In this document: piece after piece, positions 10,083 through 18,788 of the stretch
Layout of the letters: every line of letters starts with the position of its first letter
How positions within the stretch are numbered: the stretch's first letter is position 1
NCBI GenBank assembly: GCA_963844965.1
Contig: CAWJQC010000007.1
Coordinates: 160,001-224,000 of the forward strand
Source: an uncultured bacterium
GTDB taxonomy: Bacteria; Patescibacteriota; Minisyncoccia; UBA6257; 2-01-FULL-56-20
Direction: 5' to 3'
Length of the DNA: 64,000 nt
The notes under the pieces: generated by a model
The model's input: only the letters and a program-made list of their open reading frames with translations
Database searches by the model: none
Told to the model about the DNA's origin: nothing
Program-made: the position numbers and the translations under genes

Positions 10083-10107
10083 AGCGTAGCGAAGAATCTC
10101 CACGCGC
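10083..10107 (+). repeat. bipartite motif GTCATTCTGAG-N5-CGAAGAATC placed 13 nt after the murA stop and 18 nt before the GIY-YIG gene start; second copy at 54011-54046
   Basis: 11-mer plus 9-mer shared between the two sites in the same orientation relative to the downstream gene. Confidence 0.55.
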
Positions 10108-10125
10108 AGTTATTTCACATATATC

Positions 10126-10425
10126 GTGACTAACAAGTATAATTCGGTTATTTATACTGGTATCACGAACGACATCGTGCGGCGAATGGGTGAGCATGTT
10201 CGCAAAGCGGTTCCGGGTTTTACATCAAGATATAGTGTATGTAAATTGGTGTGGTTCGAAGAATTCAAGACACCGGAGGAGGCCATCACCGCAGAGAAAC
10301 GAATCAAAGGGTGGGTGCTAAAAAAGAAAGTGGCGTTGATCAAAGAGAAAAATCCTGAATTCATAGATTTATTGCATGGAGATCCTTCGGTTTTGCCTCA
10401 GGATGACAATGGGGAGAGGCGTTGA
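10126..10425 (+). CDS. GIY-YIG nuclease family protein (COG2827/UPF0213-like small protein), GTG start
   Basis: GIY-YIG motif VIYTGITNDIVRRMGEH; ~99 aa, typical size for this family. Confidence 0.7.
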   Translation: MTNKYNSVIYTGITNDIVRRMGEHVRKAVPGFTSRYSVCKLVWFEEFKTPEEAITAEKRIKGWVLKKKVALIKEKNPEFIDLLHGDPSVLPQDDNGERR

Positions 10426-10457
10426 TTTTTATACTCAAAAGATATAGATTTAAGTCA

Positions 10458-11466
10458 ATGTTCACCAAGAAAATCGGTATTGACTTAGGCACGACCAACA
10501 CCGTGGTTTTCGTGCCTGGCAAGGGATTTATCATCAACGAGCCGACTATTGTCGCCTTGATTAAGCCCGACAATACGGTGCTTGCCGTGGGTGTGGAGGC
10601 GAAGGAAATGATCGGGCGGACGCCGGAAGAAATCGTCGCCTACAGGCCGCTTAAGGATGGCGTGATTGCCGACTATTACATCACGAAGGCGATGCTTACG
10701 TATTTCATCTCCAAGGCCTCTGGCTGGTTCAATGTTTTCAAACCGGACGTTGTCATCTCGGTTCCGGCTGGAATTACGCAGACCGAGCGGCGCGCCGTTA
10801 CGAACGCCGCGAAAGAAGCCGGAGCGGGAAACGCTTTTATCGTGCGCGAGCCGGTTCTCGCCGCTTTGGGCGCTGGAATTCCAATTAACGCCCGTTCGGG
10901 GAACATGATCATCAACATCGGCGGCGGCACTTCCGAAGTCGGCGGTCATCGCTTTGGGCAGCATAGTTTCCTGGACGAGCTTGCGCATTGCCGGCAACAG
11001 ATTTGACCAGGCAGTCAGCGATTATGTGAAAAGGAAATACGCCTTGGCCATCGGCGAGCAGACGGCCGAGAACGTGAAAATTGAGATCGGCTCGGCATGG
11101 CGACAAAAGAAAAGATGGAATATGAACTCCGCGGCCGCGATTTGATAACCGGGCTGCCGAAAGATATATGTCATCAATTCCAACGAAATAGCGGACGCAC
11201 TGAATCCGTTCCTCGTGGATATCGCCGGCTCAATTCAAAGCGTTTTTAACGTGACTCCGCCGGAGCTTGTCGCGGACATCATGGAGAAGGGGATTATTCT
11301 TTCCGGCGGCAGCGTCCAGCTTCACAATATGCCGGAATTTTTTGAAAGATTTTTGGGCGTGCAGGCCTATGTCGCCGAGGATCCGTTATTCTGCGTCGCC
11401 AAAGGCACGGGGCTGATTCTGGACCACTTGGATATGTATAAGAGGACGCTTTTGAACAAGAGATAA
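10458..11466 (+). pseudogene. mreB: rod shape-determining protein MreB, interrupted by three frameshifts (~10935 extra G; ~11110 missing A in an A-run; ~11180 extra T in ATATAT)
   Basis: three ORF pieces (10422-11006, 10954-11145, 11215-11466) each align with consecutive MreB segments (GIDLGTTNT..., IGGGTSEV..., EYELRGRDLITGLPK..., C-terminal GGSVQL...); may be an assembly artefact. Confidence 0.6.
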
Positions 11467-11467
11467 T

Positions 11468-12395
11468 ATGGAAGCTGGGTTGCAAAAACTGTTTCGCTGC
11501 ATACTTCACGGGAGTTTTGGGAGGTATTTTGACGAGATAAAACGGGTTCGTCGCATTTTTGTTGCCGCCGGCATTGAAGTGCTCGCGCCGAGAGCCGAAG
11601 AGATCAAAAAGATCGAGAATGGTTTCGCGATTTTTGATGGCGACGGCGATGCGGATCCGCGTCTGATTGAACTTCGCTATTTACATAATCTTAAATGCCT
11701 TGGCGAGGACGGTTTCAGTTATTTTGTAAATCCCGAGGGATATATCGGCAAAAGCGCCTCTTATGAACTCGGCATTGCGCAAGTTTCAAACGTGAGATGT
11801 TTCTTTGTGGAAAAACTGGCCGATCATCCGGCGTATCTCCACGCGAACTCCATCTGGAAACCGGAATTGCTGGCTGAATTCATAAAAGAAAAAAAACGCT
11901 TACCTGAGCCGCAAATCAAGCCGAACGAGGTTAAGATACACAAATTATGGGAAGAGCTTATGGTACCCGGCTCGGTGGTTGCCGTCGGCGGCATTATTGA
12001 ATACGTGTCGGACAAGAAAGAAAAAGAAATTTTACTTGTGAAGACGCACAAGTGGGGCGGGCGGTACTCTATCGTCGGCGGGAGGGTGCGCAGGAATGAG
12101 CGACTTAATGATGCGTTAACCCGCGAGTATCAGAGAAGAAACTGGTTTAAAATCGTACATCGGCGAACACATATGCACCTTTGATCAGATAAAAAACTCC
12201 GGTTATTACTTGAGCGGCATTCAGCATGTTTTTGTGGATAAAATCGTGCGCGTGACAGATAAGCGTGTCCGTTTGAACGAGGAGGCGCAGGAATTTTTAT
12301 GGGTTCCGCCTAAGATTGCGCTCGGCGAATTAGACATAGAACCCAACGCGCGGCAAACCCTGAGCCTTTATTCAAAAATGACCGTTGTATCATAA
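11468..12395 (+). CDS. two-domain protein with an uncharacterised N-terminal domain and a C-terminal Nudix hydrolase domain; frameshift near 12128
   Basis: Nudix box GGRV...NERLNDALTRE / IREETGL is split across two frames (ORFs 11468-12184 and 12210-12395). Confidence 0.5.
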
Positions 12396-12403
12396 CAAAG
12401 AGC

Positions 12404-13283
12404 ATGCTCATCGGCCACGGAAAAATCATTGAGGACCTGAAACGGCTGGCAGCCGAGAAAAAACTTTCGCACGGCTACATTTTTTACGGTCCGGCGATGG
12501 TCGGGAAGCGGCTTGTGGCTCAGAACTTCGCGAATTTTTTGGAGACCGACGATTTCAGCGAACCGAAATTATTAAGAGATACTCTGCTCATTGCGCCGGA
12601 CGCGAAAGGAACGGTAAGCATTGATTCCATCCGCACGATAAAAAATTTCCTCTGGCAAAAGCCGAACACTAGTGCCTATCGCACGGTTATAATTGACGAT
12701 GCCGAACTTATGACGTCGGAGGCACAGAAACGCCCTGCTCAGAGTTGCCGAGGAGCCGCCGCATTCCACACTCCTCATTTTGATTACAAGCGATATTGAC
12801 GGGTTAGCGGAGACGATAACTTCGCGGCTCCAGAAAATTTATTTTTCTGTTGTTCCCCGGAGGGCGCTGGCGGATTGGGCGAGGCGAGAGTTTCCCGACG
12901 CCAAAAATTTGGAAGGATTTGTGGCGCGTTCGTTCGGGAAACCGGGCCTCCTTTCGGCGATGATTCGGGATAAAAAATTCCAGGCGCTTTTGAAGTTGGC
13001 CGATGATTTGCTAAAATTAAAAGGCGATAAGCGTGATTTCATAAAAAGATTGCTTGCACCGGAAGATTTTGACCTCCCGAAATTTCTTGACGCGCTAATA
13101 CTTGTTATTTCATCGGAAGCGCCTTGCCCTCCTAACTTTTTGCGAACCAAAGCGATGATTGATGCCAACTCAATCGCGCAAAAAGTTTGGAGGGTGAACT
13201 GGCACAAGTTTCTGGAGTTGAGGCGCGAAGTTGCCTACTTTAATCTCAATCCGCGTTTGCAATTGGAAAATTTATTTCAATAA
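12404..13283 (+). CDS. holB: DNA polymerase III delta-prime subunit-like AAA+ protein; frameshift near 12735 (AAA/AA)
   Basis: Walker A GPAMVGKR, then IIDDAELMTSEAQ / NALLRVAEEPP and SRLQ continue in the next frame (ORFs 12404-12799 and 12780-13283). Confidence 0.6.
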
Positions 13284-13295
13284 TCCACCGAATCA

Positions 13296-13859
13296 ATGCC
13301 TCCCATAGCAGAACAATATCTAAAAGAATTGGAATCCGCGCTTAAAACCGTCGTGGATAAATTGCACGAGGAACTTCGGGCGATTCGGGGCAACCGGCCG
13401 TCGGCGGATATTATCTCGGACATCAAGGTTAACGTCTATGACCAGTGGATGACGGTGAAGCAGCTGGGTTCGCTCTCGGTTCTTCCGCCGCGCGGCGTTC
13501 AGGTTAATGTCTGGGACAAGAATGCCGTGGGCGCTGTCGCTAAAGCGATTGAGAGCGCGAAAATCGGGCTTTCCGTTACGAATGACGGCAACAACGTGAT
13601 AGCGACACTTTCGCCTTTGGGCAACGAGCGGCGGGAAGAGCTCACAAAGCTTGTCAAAAAAACCGCCGAGGGCTACAGAATTCAAATCAGGGCGAAGCGG
13701 GACGAGGCGATAAAGAAATTGAAAGAAGCGGAGACGAGCAAGCAGGCGAGCGAGGATGAGGTTTTTAAAACGAAGGAAAAAATTCAAAAAGCTGTGGACG
13801 AAGCGAACAAGAAAGTGGAGGAGATGGTTGAAGGAAAACTGAAGGAGCTGGCGGAGTAA
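13296..13859 (+). CDS. frr: ribosome recycling factor
   Basis: full-length RRF similarity (RGNRPSADIISDIKVNVY...). Confidence 0.85.
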   Translation: MPPIAEQYLKELESALKTVVDKLHEELRAIRGNRPSADIISDIKVNVYDQWMTVKQLGSLSVLPPRGVQVNVWDKNAVGAVAKAIESAKIGLSVTNDGNNVIATLSPLGNERREELTKLVKKTAEGYRIQIRAKRDEAIKKLKEAETSKQASEDEVFKTKEKIQKAVDEANKKVEEMVEGKLKELAE

Positions 13860-13939
13860 GCGGCCAGCCCCCTGCGTTATTCATAATTCACGCGAATCAA
13901 CTCGCTAACTAATTAACCGACTAATTTAACTAATAATCT

Positions 13940-15013
13940 ATGTTAATCGTCCTTATCGTTATCATCGGTCTTTCGCTTTTGATTCTCGGCCACGAAGCCG
14001 GCCATTTTTTTGTGGCCAAACTTTTCGGAATGAAAATAGATGAATTTGGTTTCGGTTTCCCGCCGCGGATTACCGCGAAGAAGAAAGGGGAGACGGAATA
14101 CAGCGTAAATTGGCTGCCGTTCGGCGGGTTCGTGAAAATCGCCGGCGAGGACGATTCAGCGCCTTCGGGTAAAGTCGGAGAACAGGCGGACGGACAAGCC
14201 GGCGGTGTTTCGGAAGAAGAAAAGAAAAAATTGTTTAACTTCCGGCCGGTTTGGCAGAGAGCCCTCGTTCTTTTTGCCGGCGTCGCCGCGAATATGATAA
14301 TCGGCTGGCTTCTGCTGTCGCTTGTCTTTTTTGTCGGGGCACCCTCTGCGCTTGCGATAGCCGCCGTGCAGAAAAATTCTCCGGCGGAAAAAGTGGGTCT
14401 CTTGGCTGGCGACGTCATAGAACATTACGCGAACTATACGGATTTCATCAAATTTGTGGATGACAATCGCGGCAGACCGATAACCATAAGCGTCCTGCGC
14501 GCCGGCAAAGAGCTGACTTTCAGCGTTGTTCCGAGAACCGAAACCGCTCCCAACGAAGGAGCCATAGGAATTGAGATCGCGGAAGGCGGGCCAGTGGCCG
14601 AAAGTTTGCCGAGCTCGCTCTATGATGGTTTTAGGGTATCCGTTGAAATTTTGGGATTGACCTACGTGGCGTTGTATCAGCTTGTGGTCGGTTTGCTTCT
14701 GCACGCCTCTTTGATTCCCGGCGTGGTTGGTCCGATCGGCATTGTCGCGGTCGCGTCCGAGACGAGCAAGCTCGGATTTATGTACTTCGTTTCTATTATC
14801 GCGCAGATATCCTTGGGACTCGCGGCGATCAACTTCATCCCGTTTCCCGCGCTTGACGGAGGCAGATTCTTTCTTCTTTTGATCGAAAAAATCAAGGGCT
14901 CCCGCGCCTTTTCGCAAAGAGTTGAGGCCACGATCAACAACGTCGGATTGGCGTTCCTGATAGTTCTGATTCTTTTGATAAGCATCCGGGATTTTTCGTA
15001 TTACATACTGTAA
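13940..15013 (+). CDS. rseP: RIP metalloprotease RseP (site-2 protease, M50 family)
   Basis: HEAGHF zinc motif in TM1, PDZ-like middle region, multi-TM. Confidence 0.8.
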   Translation: MLIVLIVIIGLSLLILGHEAGHFFVAKLFGMKIDEFGFGFPPRITAKKKGETEYSVNWLPFGGFVKIAGEDDSAPSGKVGEQADGQAGGVSEEEKKKLFNFRPVWQRALVLFAGVAANMIIGWLLLSLVFFVGAPSALAIAAVQKNSPAEKVGLLAGDVIEHYANYTDFIKFVDDNRGRPITISVLRAGKELTFSVVPRTETAPNEGAIGIEIAEGGPVAESLPSSLYDGFRVSVEILGLTYVALYQLVVGLLLHASLIPGVVGPIGIVAVASETSKLGFMYFVSIIAQISLGLAAINFIPFPALDGGRFFLLLIEKIKGSRAFSQRVEATINNVGLAFLIVLILLISIRDFSYYIL

Positions 15014-15119
15014 ACGATTGCTGCGCCCGAGCTTTTTCTGGTTTTTTGTAGCCGGAAAAATTGTACGTTACGGGCCGAATGCTTTTGTGAAAGTTATATT
15101 TATGGTATGATAGACGGCA

Positions 15120-16121
15120 ATGAAAAAGAAAAGCGTGGTTCTTATCGGCGGAGGGGTGGGCGCGTCAACATTTACGAAGGCGTTGAAAGATTTGCCCATC
15201 AGTTTGACAACAGTTGTCAGCGTTTTTGACGACGGCGGTTCCACTGGCGCGATCAGGCGCGACTATGGCGGCATTGCTCTCGGCGACTTTCGGCAGTGCG
15301 TTTTCGCGAGTTTGGGGTTGGATGGAAAGATTTTGCAGTCGTTGAACCACCGCTTTGGGCGGGGGAATCTTTTTGGCGTGAACGCGGGAAATCTTCTGTT
15401 GCGGTCCTTTTTGGATCAGTGCGAAACGGAACGCGACGGCGTGCGCGAATTGCATTGTTTATTGGGTCTTCGGAATCGGGTAATGCCGATTTCATACGAT
15501 TTCGCGCGTCTTTGCGGGAAGTTATCCAATGGAAGGATTCTCGGTGACCAGCAGCAGATAGCCGATCATTTAAGTTTCGCGGAGGCATCTATCAAAGAAT
15601 TATATCTTGATCCCGGCGCGAGGATTAATCCTGACTTACGAAAAGTGATAAGCGAGGCGGATTATCTTATTTTCGCACCGGGTCACTTCTTCACGAGTGT
15701 TTTACCGCATATTTACGTTAAAGGTTTCGCCGCCGCGTGGAAAGAAAGTAAGGCGAAGAAAATGTGGTTTTTTAATCTATTGGCGCACAGAGGGCAGGAC
15801 AGCTATTATACGCTCCGCGATTATTTACGATGGTTTGAGCGTGTTTTGGGGAGGCACCCCTTTGATGTTCTCGTGCTGAATAAGGATGTTGATAAGAAGA
15901 TTTTGGAAATCGTGAAAGACCGATTTGAGAAAACAAGAGTCACCGACGATGATTTGCGGTACGCGAAAGGCATTGGCGTGGAAATCGTGGTTGCCGATCT
16001 CGTGTCCTCCGAACTTCGTCCACAGCAAAAAAATGACGTGATAATGCGTGCGCCGCTTTGCCACGACCCCCGGAAAATAAAAAAATTCTTCGCTGGCCAA
16101 ATTCTCGCAAAGCGACGGTAG
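15120..16121 (+). CDS. YvcK/CofD (UPF0052) family protein (gluconeogenesis factor / 2-phospho-L-lactate transferase-like)
   Basis: N-terminal VLIGGGVGAS...VFDDGGSTGAIRR motif typical of UPF0052; -10 TATGAT 8 nt upstream of the ATG (leaderless-like). Confidence 0.7.
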   Translation: MKKKSVVLIGGGVGASTFTKALKDLPISLTTVVSVFDDGGSTGAIRRDYGGIALGDFRQCVFASLGLDGKILQSLNHRFGRGNLFGVNAGNLLLRSFLDQCETERDGVRELHCLLGLRNRVMPISYDFARLCGKLSNGRILGDQQQIADHLSFAEASIKELYLDPGARINPDLRKVISEADYLIFAPGHFFTSVLPHIYVKGFAAAWKESKAKKMWFFNLLAHRGQDSYYTLRDYLRWFERVLGRHPFDVLVLNKDVDKKILEIVKDRFEKTRVTDDDLRYAKGIGVEIVVADLVSSELRPQQKNDVIMRAPLCHDPRKIKKFFAGQILAKRR

Positions 16122-16133
16122 ATTGAATCGGTG

Positions 16134-16205
16134 TTACAACTTGATTTTCTTCGCGAAGTCTTTGTAAAGCGCGATTTGTCTGAACGTGCGGGCGAGCCCG
16201 GTAGT
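16134..16205 (-). pseudogene. degraded 3'-terminal fragment of a phosphotransferase gene, encoding ...GLARTFRQIALYKDFAKKIKL*, duplicating the C-terminus of the adjacent APH-family gene
   Basis: ~70% nucleotide identity to 16350-16420 on the same strand; reading frame preserved up to a stop codon. Confidence 0.45.
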
Positions 16206-16347
16206 GATTCTGCGATTGCAATTCGGATAGTATAAATTTTGTCGAGCGAGGTGCTGTTTCTTAAATAGCTTATCTTGATTGTGGCTATGAAATTGCTCCG
16301 AATTGTGGTGGAAAATATCGCAGAACTACTACCGGGCGAGATTGTGT
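16191..16347. mobile_element. MITE-like palindromic element (~157 bp) with ~24-nt terminal inverted repeats (GAGCCCGGTAGTGATTCTGCGAT ... ATCGCAGAACTACTACCGGGCGAG)
   Basis: TIRs read directly; inserted into a tandemly duplicated 3' end of the APH-family gene; a mini copy sits at 3771-3828. Confidence 0.55.
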
Positions 16348-17435
16348 TCTTTGCGCGAGTTTGGTTTAGTTTTTTTCATTTTTCTGACAAAGTCCTTGTA
16401 TAGAGCGGTTTGCCCGAGAGCCCTAGCAAGGTTGTGCTCCTTTCTTGATTTATATCTGGACTTGTCCCAGCCGAAATAAAAATCATCAATGTAGTCGTTA
16501 AGGAAGCGGCTCGCGAGACCGAGAATCACGAGTCCGGTGGCTTTGGGCATGAGCCGCCACTCGCGTTCACTCAAGTAGTTTTTTGAGCCAAGCTTATAGC
16601 CGCGGAGGAAGGCGCGGTATTTTTTTGTATCAAATGTGTTTCGCTGGTCGTCCTCTTTTTTTCCGCAAAGGGAACGCAGGGCGTCGCCGAGATCGCAAAG
16701 AGGGGAAAGTTTCTGGATCGTGTCCATGTCAATCATGGCCACGGCGCAGTCGTTGTCGTCAAAAATAAAGTTGGAAATTTTCGGGTCGGTGTGGATGAGG
16801 CGGCGCGGCAGATCTTTCGGCAGGAAATGAGAAGGAAATTCGGAGATTAATAACTTCGCGGCGTTGTGCACACGGGCGTCCTTATCCTGAATCAATTTTT
16901 TATTGTGTTCGCGCAGTTTTTTGAGAACGGCGTCGTATTGGAACATGGGAAGTGGCTTCTTGACGGGCGTTTTAAAGTTTTTGAGTGTCAGGTGGAATTT
17001 CCCGAGCTCGCGTCCGGCCTCTTCCGCCATTTTTATATTTTTGGCTCGCGTGTACACATGGCCGGGAATCGCCGTTAACAGTCGCCAAAAACAAGCGCCG
17101 TTTTTGGCGAGGAGCTTCCCCCTTTTTGTGAGAATAATGCGTTGCGCGGGAAAGTTTTTGCTCGCGAGAAATACGGAAGCTGCCAGATAATTTTCCGTTG
17201 GTTCCTTCCGCGAAATAAGCGGATGGAGTTTCTGAAGAACGTAAACCCCGGTATTCGCGCGGACGATATACGTTTCGTTGAAAATGCCGGTCTTCACTGG
17301 ATAGAGTTTGGATATCTTGCCGATATGCCAGTTTTTGATGGCTTGCCTTGGAGACATTGTGCTTATATTACACAATTTATGGTTTTTAAAACAATACCCG
17401 GCAGGACCTGAAATTGATATAATTCTCGTATGCAA
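16329..17435 (-). CDS. phosphotransferase-family kinase (APH/ChoK-like); start uncertain (possibly M at 17358)
   Basis: Brenner-type HTDPKISNFIF and MIDMDT motifs; C-terminal tail SRKEHNLAR-ALGQTALYKDFVRKMKK-SRKEHNLAR is internally duplicated and its last codons lie in the MITE TIR. Confidence 0.6.
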   Translation of the reverse strand: MHTRIISISGPAGYCFKNHKLCNISTMSPRQAIKNWHIGKISKLYPVKTGIFNETYIVRANTGVYVLQKLHPLISRKEPTENYLAASVFLASKNFPAQRIILTKRGKLLAKNGACFWRLLTAIPGHVYTRAKNIKMAEEAGRELGKFHLTLKNFKTPVKKPLPMFQYDAVLKKLREHNKKLIQDKDARVHNAAKLLISEFPSHFLPKDLPRRLIHTDPKISNFIFDDNDCAVAMIDMDTIQKLSPLCDLGDALRSLCGKKEDDQRNTFDTKKYRAFLRGYKLGSKNYLSEREWRLMPKATGLVILGLASRFLNDYIDDFYFGWDKSRYKSRKEHNLARALGQTALYKDFVRKMKKTKPNSRKEHNLAR

Positions 17436-17926
17436 CTTTTAATGACGCTCGGAGAAAAAGATTCCCCCGGAACTATAAGATACGCAAAGCTGCGCGAGCT
17501 GTTGTTTTTGATTCAGAAGGGAAAATAGCATTACTCCATGTTACCAATCACCATTATTATAAAATTCCTGGTGGTGGCATCGAAAAGAACGAGGATGTCT
17601 TAGCGGGTCTCAGAAGAGAATGTCTAGAAGAAATCGGTTGCGATATTGAGATTGCGGGGGAGATAGGAAAGATAATCGAACATCGTCATTTTCCTGATGC
17701 CCAGGATGAGGAACAGGAATCGTTTTGCTATACCGCCAACGTAAAAGGAGAGAAGGGAAACCCTCATTTTGAGCAGGGTGAGATTGATGATGGATTTCAG
17801 GCACAATGGGTAGACTTGAAAACTGCGATCAATTTGTTGAGAAACAGCAAGCCCGATACTTATGAAGGTTCATTCATCGTTGCGAGAGATCTTAGATTTA
17901 TCGAGGAAGCCATTAAGAATACCTAA
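17423..17926 (+). CDS. Nudix hydrolase with no canonical in-frame start; probable 1-nt indel near the A5 run at 17455-17459, with the ATG at 17442 in the other frame
   Basis: continuous 168-codon frame ...RKAARAVVFDSEGKIALLHV...PGGGIEKNEDVLAGLRRECLEEIGC (Nudix box) lacking ATG/GTG/TTG; inserting one base joins it to MTLGEK...; absent from the ORF track. Confidence 0.55.
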   Translation, partial: FSYATFNDARRKRFPRNYKIRKAARAVVFDSEGKIALLHVTNHHYYKIPGGGIEKNEDVLAGLRRECLEEIGCDIEIAGEIGKIIEHRHFPDAQDEEQESFCYTANVKGEKGNPHFEQGEIDDGFQAQWVDLKTAINLLRNSKPDTYEGSFIVARDLRFIEEAIKNT

Positions 17927-18157
17927 AAATCGAGATACTTTCTTAATTTGCGGTAGCCTGCTTGCCGGCATCGCCGTCTTTCTATGAGCATAAGGCGCTT
18001 GCTCTGAGAAGCTTGCGGAGGCGATAAAAGCTGGGTTTTTGCGCAGCAAAATTTTGTCGTCGAGCGGCAGCGAAAAACTTCCGCAGGGGAAGTTTTATCG
18101 CGGTTCTTGGAGCAAACGCCCGGAGCGGGGTTATCCACACCATCCCCACAGACGCCT

Positions 18158-18186
18158 TGACAGGGTTTTGGGGAGGAGTATAATTG
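18158..18186 (+). promoter_or_regulatory. perfect sigma70-consensus promoter TTGACA-17 nt-TATAAT upstream of the tRNA-23S-5S operon
   Basis: both hexamers exact with 17-nt spacing. Confidence 0.6.
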
Positions 18187-18261
18187 AAATCAAGAATGAA
18201 CGAGCTCAAAAAACTTTCAGGTAGAAGCGGCTGATTTTCGCGCGCTTTTCGGCGCACGGAA

Positions 18262-18286
18262 AAACCGCTTTACCAGCGGTTTTTTG
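18262..18286 (+). terminator. terminator-like hairpin AACCGCT-TTACC-AGCGGTT plus a T6 run ~75 nt downstream of the predicted TSS; leader attenuator or small RNA end
   Basis: stem-loop plus T-run read directly. Confidence 0.4.
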
Positions 18287-18506
18287 GTTCTTCAGAGCCG
18301 ACCGAAGCTTGAAATAATGCCCGCCCTTATTGGCGCGGACAGCCCCGAAATGTAGAGTCGGGGTTTGTATATCGGAAGCCCTGCGTCACATCTCATTCCG
18401 ACGCAAGTCGGGATTCTCGAAAAATATATAATCGCATTATTGTTTTTCGGGACAATTTCTCGTGGCGAGCAGGGCATAGCCGAGACTGAGAGAAGGAAAT
18501 TTGTGT

Positions 18507-18586
18507 GGGCCCCGTAGCGCAGATTGGTCAGCGCGCCCGACTGTTCAAGCGGGAGGTCGCTGGTTCGAATCCAGCCGGGCCCACCA
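18507..18586 (+). tRNA. tRNA with an aberrant 8-nt anticodon loop (CUGUUCAA); best guess Asn (GUU); CCA encoded
   Basis: acceptor GGGCCCC/CGGGCCC with a 7-66 mismatch, D-stem GCGC/GCGC, T-arm GCTGG-TTCGAAT-CCAGC; the anticodon stem is only CCCG/CGGG, so identity is uncertain (possible indel). Confidence 0.45.
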
Positions 18587-18614
18587 AATCTTTAGCTCTT
18601 TGGTTTTTGTTTGT

Positions 18615-18703
18615 GGCGGGATGGCGGAGTGCTAATCGCGGCAGGCCGTAACCCTGCTCTCCCATCGCGGAGTTCGAAGGTTGAAATCCCTCTCTCGCCA
18701 CCA
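18615..18703 (+). tRNA. type II (long variable arm) tRNA, Tyr-like (anticodon GUA) with an unusual C33; CCA encoded
   Basis: acceptor GGCGGGA/TCTCGCC, anticodon stem GCAGG/CCTGC with loop CCGUAAC, variable stem-loop CTCC-CATCGC-GGAG, T-arm GAAGG-TTGAAAT-CCCTC. Confidence 0.5.
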
Positions 18704-18717
18704 AATTTTTTGGATTC

Positions 18718-18788
18718 GGCGCGGTCGTCAAGTGGCAAGACTGAGGGCTTGCAAGCCCTTATCGGGGGTTCGATTCCCTCCCGCGCCT
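18718..18788 (+). tRNA. tRNA-Cys (anticodon GCA)
   Basis: acceptor GGCGCGG/CCGCGCC, anticodon stem AGGGC/GCCCT with loop UUGCAAG, T-arm GGGGG-TTCGATT-CCCTC, discriminator U. Confidence 0.75.

Noticed and set aside
18507-18586. Assigning a firm identity (Asn/Asp/Glu/Thr) to the first operon tRNA
   Set aside because: The anticodon arm cannot be folded with a canonical 7-nt loop. Identity is left open pending tRNAscan-SE and indel correction.
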